A DNA stretch of 64,000 nucleotides from Succinivibrio sp. GTDB lineage: Bacteria > Pseudomonadota > Gammaproteobacteria > Enterobacterales > Succinivibrionaceae. Under the pieces are notes generated by a model. It was given only the letters and a program-made list of their open reading frames with translations, did not search any database and was not told the origin of the DNA. The stretch spans positions 13,089 to 77,088 of the forward strand of contig JAGBLM010000072.1 of assembly GCA_017635415.1 (NCBI GenBank). The letters run 5' to 3'. Made by a program: the position numbers and the translations under genes. Below are positions 61,570 through 64,000 of the stretch, one piece after another; position 1 is the stretch's first letter; every line of letters starts with the position of its first letter.

Positions 61570-62100
61570 ATGCAGTATTTACTCAAAATAACAATAAAGA
61601 ACACTCCGGTTTGGCGCCTGATTGCAGTCGATGGCTCTGCTGATCTGTGCTTTGTGGCTGAACTTATTGCCAAATCATTTGATTATCGACCGGGGAAAAG
61701 ATGCTTTATCGTTCAGGACCACAGGATAACTGCTGGAAACGGCGGAGAGCCAACAGTTCCTGCTGAGCTGAAGGCATTTGATTCTCTGGGACTCAAACAG
61801 GGGGATTTTTTATCATTTGAGGTGTCTTTGCCAGAGAAACTTGATCATTCAATTGAGGTGATGAAGGTCGAAGACCATCTCTATTGTCTGATGCCTTCAT
61901 GTCTGGTCGGGGTAGGACTGCTGCCAAAAGGGGAGCTTAGTGCCGGGGCGATAGCTGATTATTATGACAGTGAGGATAATCCAGGGCTTGATCTTAAAGA
62001 AGTTACAAACCGTCTGCGCGCATATGGATCAAAGCGGAGTGATGTCAGCAAATCCATGGTCGCAGCAGGAGCAGAGCCTCTGAAATTTTCATTACAATAA
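61570..62100 (+). CDS. pRiA4b ORF3-like protein
   Basis: YLLKITIKNTPVWRLIAV...IAKSFD N-terminal motif. Confidence 0.6.
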   Translation: MQYLLKITIKNTPVWRLIAVDGSADLCFVAELIAKSFDYRPGKRCFIVQDHRITAGNGGEPTVPAELKAFDSLGLKQGDFLSFEVSLPEKLDHSIEVMKVEDHLYCLMPSCLVGVGLLPKGELSAGAIADYYDSEDNPGLDLKEVTNRLRAYGSKRSDVSKSMVAAGAEPLKFSLQ

Positions 62101-62106
62101 TTGCTA

Positions 62107-62135
62107 TTGACTCTTAACTGATATGTTTAGATAAT
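62107..62135 (+). promoter_or_regulatory. Sigma-70-like promoter upstream of the cstA leader
   Basis: TTGACT-N17-GATAAT. Confidence 0.6.
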
Positions 62136-62142
62136 GTTGCTC

Positions 62143-62180
62143 AAAACAAGTCCGCTAAAACCTATCGGGTTTGTTTTTTT
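62143..62180 (+). terminator. Intrinsic terminator-like hairpin
   Basis: AAAACAAGTCCG...CGGGTTTGTTTT followed by TTT. Confidence 0.65.
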
Positions 62181-62190
62181 GCAGAAGGGA

Positions 62191-62292
62191 ATGAAAAATT
62201 CCTTTTTAGGAATCGTGAATCATTTGTTGTCGATCCCGATCCCCCGCGAGTTCGTATTACCAGTTACGAATGTCGTTCGTCGCAATAGCTGA
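62191..62292 (+). CDS. Candidate 33-aa upstream ORF (leader peptide)
   Basis: AGAAGGGA-ATG; MKNSFLGIVNHLLSIPIPREFVLPVTNVVRRNS*. Confidence 0.3.
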   Translation: MKNSFLGIVNHLLSIPIPREFVLPVTNVVRRNS

Positions 62293-62421
62293 AAGCCGAA
62301 CAGCTGATTCAGCGTCTTATTGAGTGACGTTCCCCACTTTTTTTCTTGAATGTTTCGATAGATGTCGGGGCAACGTTGTTTTCTTTATCCGTAATGTATT
62401 TGAAGGTAGAGGCATTCTAAA

Positions 62422-64000
62422 GTGACTGGTAGTCTAATTCTCTGCATTTGTCTGGCATACTTTGTTGCTGCTTATTTCTTTTATGGTGGTTTTCTTAAAA
62501 GAGTTTTTTCCATAGATCCCAAAAGACCGACTCCGGCGCATACAAACTATGACGGTGTCGACTACGTTCCAACTCCTAAGATGGTGCTTTTCGGGCATCA
62601 TTTTGCATCTATTGCCGGACCAGGTCCGATAGTAGGACCTATTATGGCCGCTTATTTCGGTTGGCTTCCGGCTTTGATCTGGATCCTGATCGGTTGCGTT
62701 TTTGTCGGTGCCTTTCATGATTTTGCTGCTCTGGTGATCTCCGCCCGCAACAGAGGTCGTTCAATCTCCTTTGTGATGGAAAAACTGATGGGCTTTTCAG
62801 GAAGACAGTTATTTCTGCTCTTCTGCTTCTGCTGTCTGTTACTGGTAGTGGCGATATTTACCAATATGATTGCCGGAATGTTTGTCAAAATTCCGGAAGT
62901 GGCAACAGCTTCTCTGATTTTCATTTGTCTGGCTCCTCTGTTTTTCATCGTCACCTACAGATTCAAGGTCCGGCTAACCTATGCCTCGGTAGTATTCGTT
63001 CCACTCGTATACCTGACCGTATTTATCGGAGCAAATTATCCGTTTGATTTAATAACACTCTTTGGTCTTTCTGATGGAACTGCCAGGATAGTCTGGATGC
63101 TCATTCTGGCTCTGTATATCTTTCTTGCTTCCGTTATTCCGGTTCAGTGGCTCCTTCAGCCTCGCGATTATCTGAACTCCTGGCTGCTGTACGGTATGCT
63201 TCTGCTGGCCTTCGCCGCGATTTTTGCCTATGCCCCGTCGATAAACATGAATTCATTTAACGGCTGGTCTGCAGTAACAGCTGATGGCAATCTGACCTCC
63301 ATGTTTCCTGCACTCTTTATTTTTATTGCCTGCGGTGCCTGCTCGGGGTTCCATGCGCTGGTTGCTTCAGGAACAACTGTCAAGCAGATTGATTCTGAAA
63401 AGGATATGCTGCCGGTTGGCTACGGGGCAATGCTGCTAGAAGGCGTTTTAGGCGTGGTAGCGCTGATTGCGGTAATGTCTATGTCCAACAGTGACTTCGC
63501 CGAGTTTGGAAAAAATCCTACTGTAGCTTTTGCAACCGGGATCTCAAACTTCTCTTCAGCATTGGGCATCAGCGTTGCCTATGCAAAGATTTTTATCTCT
63601 CTTGCCATTGCTGCATTTATGATGACTTCTCTTGATACCGCAACGCGGCTTGGTCGTTTTCTCTGTCAGGAGATATTCATGCCTCGTTCAGTCAGAGATA
63701 ATTCAGAGTCATCTGAGGACTCGGTTGCAGAAGGTAATGAACCAGTTGGGTTCAGAAGAATTCTGACCGATAAATATTTCGCCTCTTTTATTATTGTTTC
63801 CATTTCGATGCTGATGGGCTTTAGCGGATCTGCTGCTGTTCTGTGGCCGATTTTCGGTGCCTCAAATCAGTTAATGGCAGCAATTACCTTCCTCATCATC
63901 ACTTTGTGGCTGCTGATGAAAGATTCAAAATGGTATCTGTCATTTATTCCTATGATTTTCATGACTGTGATGAGTCTGTGGGGAGTTGTTCAGGTTGTTG
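62422..64000 (+). CDS. cstA: Carbon starvation protein A family transporter (3' truncated; missing from the ORF track)
   Basis: GTG start; TPAH..DGVDYVP, FGHHFASIAGPGPIVGP, LLQPRDYLN, IACGACSGFHALV. Confidence 0.93.
   Translation, partial: MTGSLILCICLAYFVAAYFFYGGFLKRVFSIDPKRPTPAHTNYDGVDYVPTPKMVLFGHHFASIAGPGPIVGPIMAAYFGWLPALIWILIGCVFVGAFHDFAALVISARNRGRSISFVMEKLMGFSGRQLFLLFCFCCLLLVVAIFTNMIAGMFVKIPEVATASLIFICLAPLFFIVTYRFKVRLTYASVVFVPLVYLTVFIGANYPFDLITLFGLSDGTARIVWMLILALYIFLASVIPVQWLLQPRDYLNSWLLYGMLLLAFAAIFAYAPSINMNSFNGWSAVTADGNLTSMFPALFIFIACGACSGFHALVASGTTVKQIDSEKDMLPVGYGAMLLEGVLGVVALIAVMSMSNSDFAEFGKNPTVAFATGISNFSSALGISVAYAKIFISLAIAAFMMTSLDTATRLGRFLCQEIFMPRSVRDNSESSEDSVAEGNEPVGFRRILTDKYFASFIIVSISMLMGFSGSAAVLWPIFGASNQLMAAITFLIITLWLLMKDSKWYLSFIPMIFMTVMSLWGVVQVV

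Noticed and set aside
62434-62954. Two minus-strand ORFs listed near the window end
   Set aside because: Antisense to the cstA reading frame, which runs off the end of the window

Overview
Bacterial chromosomal window. Gene content and order (polar-flagellum flhF/flhG, parC/parP, DUF2802, maoP, bamC-purC, glnS) point to an Aeromonadales-type gammaproteobacterium, probably Succinivibrionaceae; this is an inference. 1-12.3 kb: flhF'-flhG-fliA-cheYZAB-motAB-parC-parP-cheW-DUF2802. 12.3-16.2 kb: pncC, anmK, tyrS, rpiA. 16.3-30.9 kb: fliE..fliR, with an extra gene between fliG and fliH. 31-64 kb: housekeeping and accessory genes (ppnN, queF, endA, metK, transaldolase, tkt, pgk, fbaA, an orphan fliD, lysC, azlCD, acid phosphatase, maoP, glnS, bamC, purC, a lone flagellin, an IS200/IS605 remnant, bioDA, a Sel1 protein, cstA). 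The main candidate novelty is 19895-21316, a 473-aa fusion of a FliM middle domain to FliG middle and C-terminal domains. It sits alongside intact fliG and fliM, keeps both partner motifs (GGxG and EHPQ) and has altered torque-helix charges. Secondary candidates are structured RNA regions on both sides of a hypothetical gene (52.0-52.9 kb), a miniature TnpB element that keeps its ends next to an atypical flagellin, and a structured leader with a uORF before cstA. I found no rRNA, tRNA or CRISPR array. All alignments and folds were done by eye.
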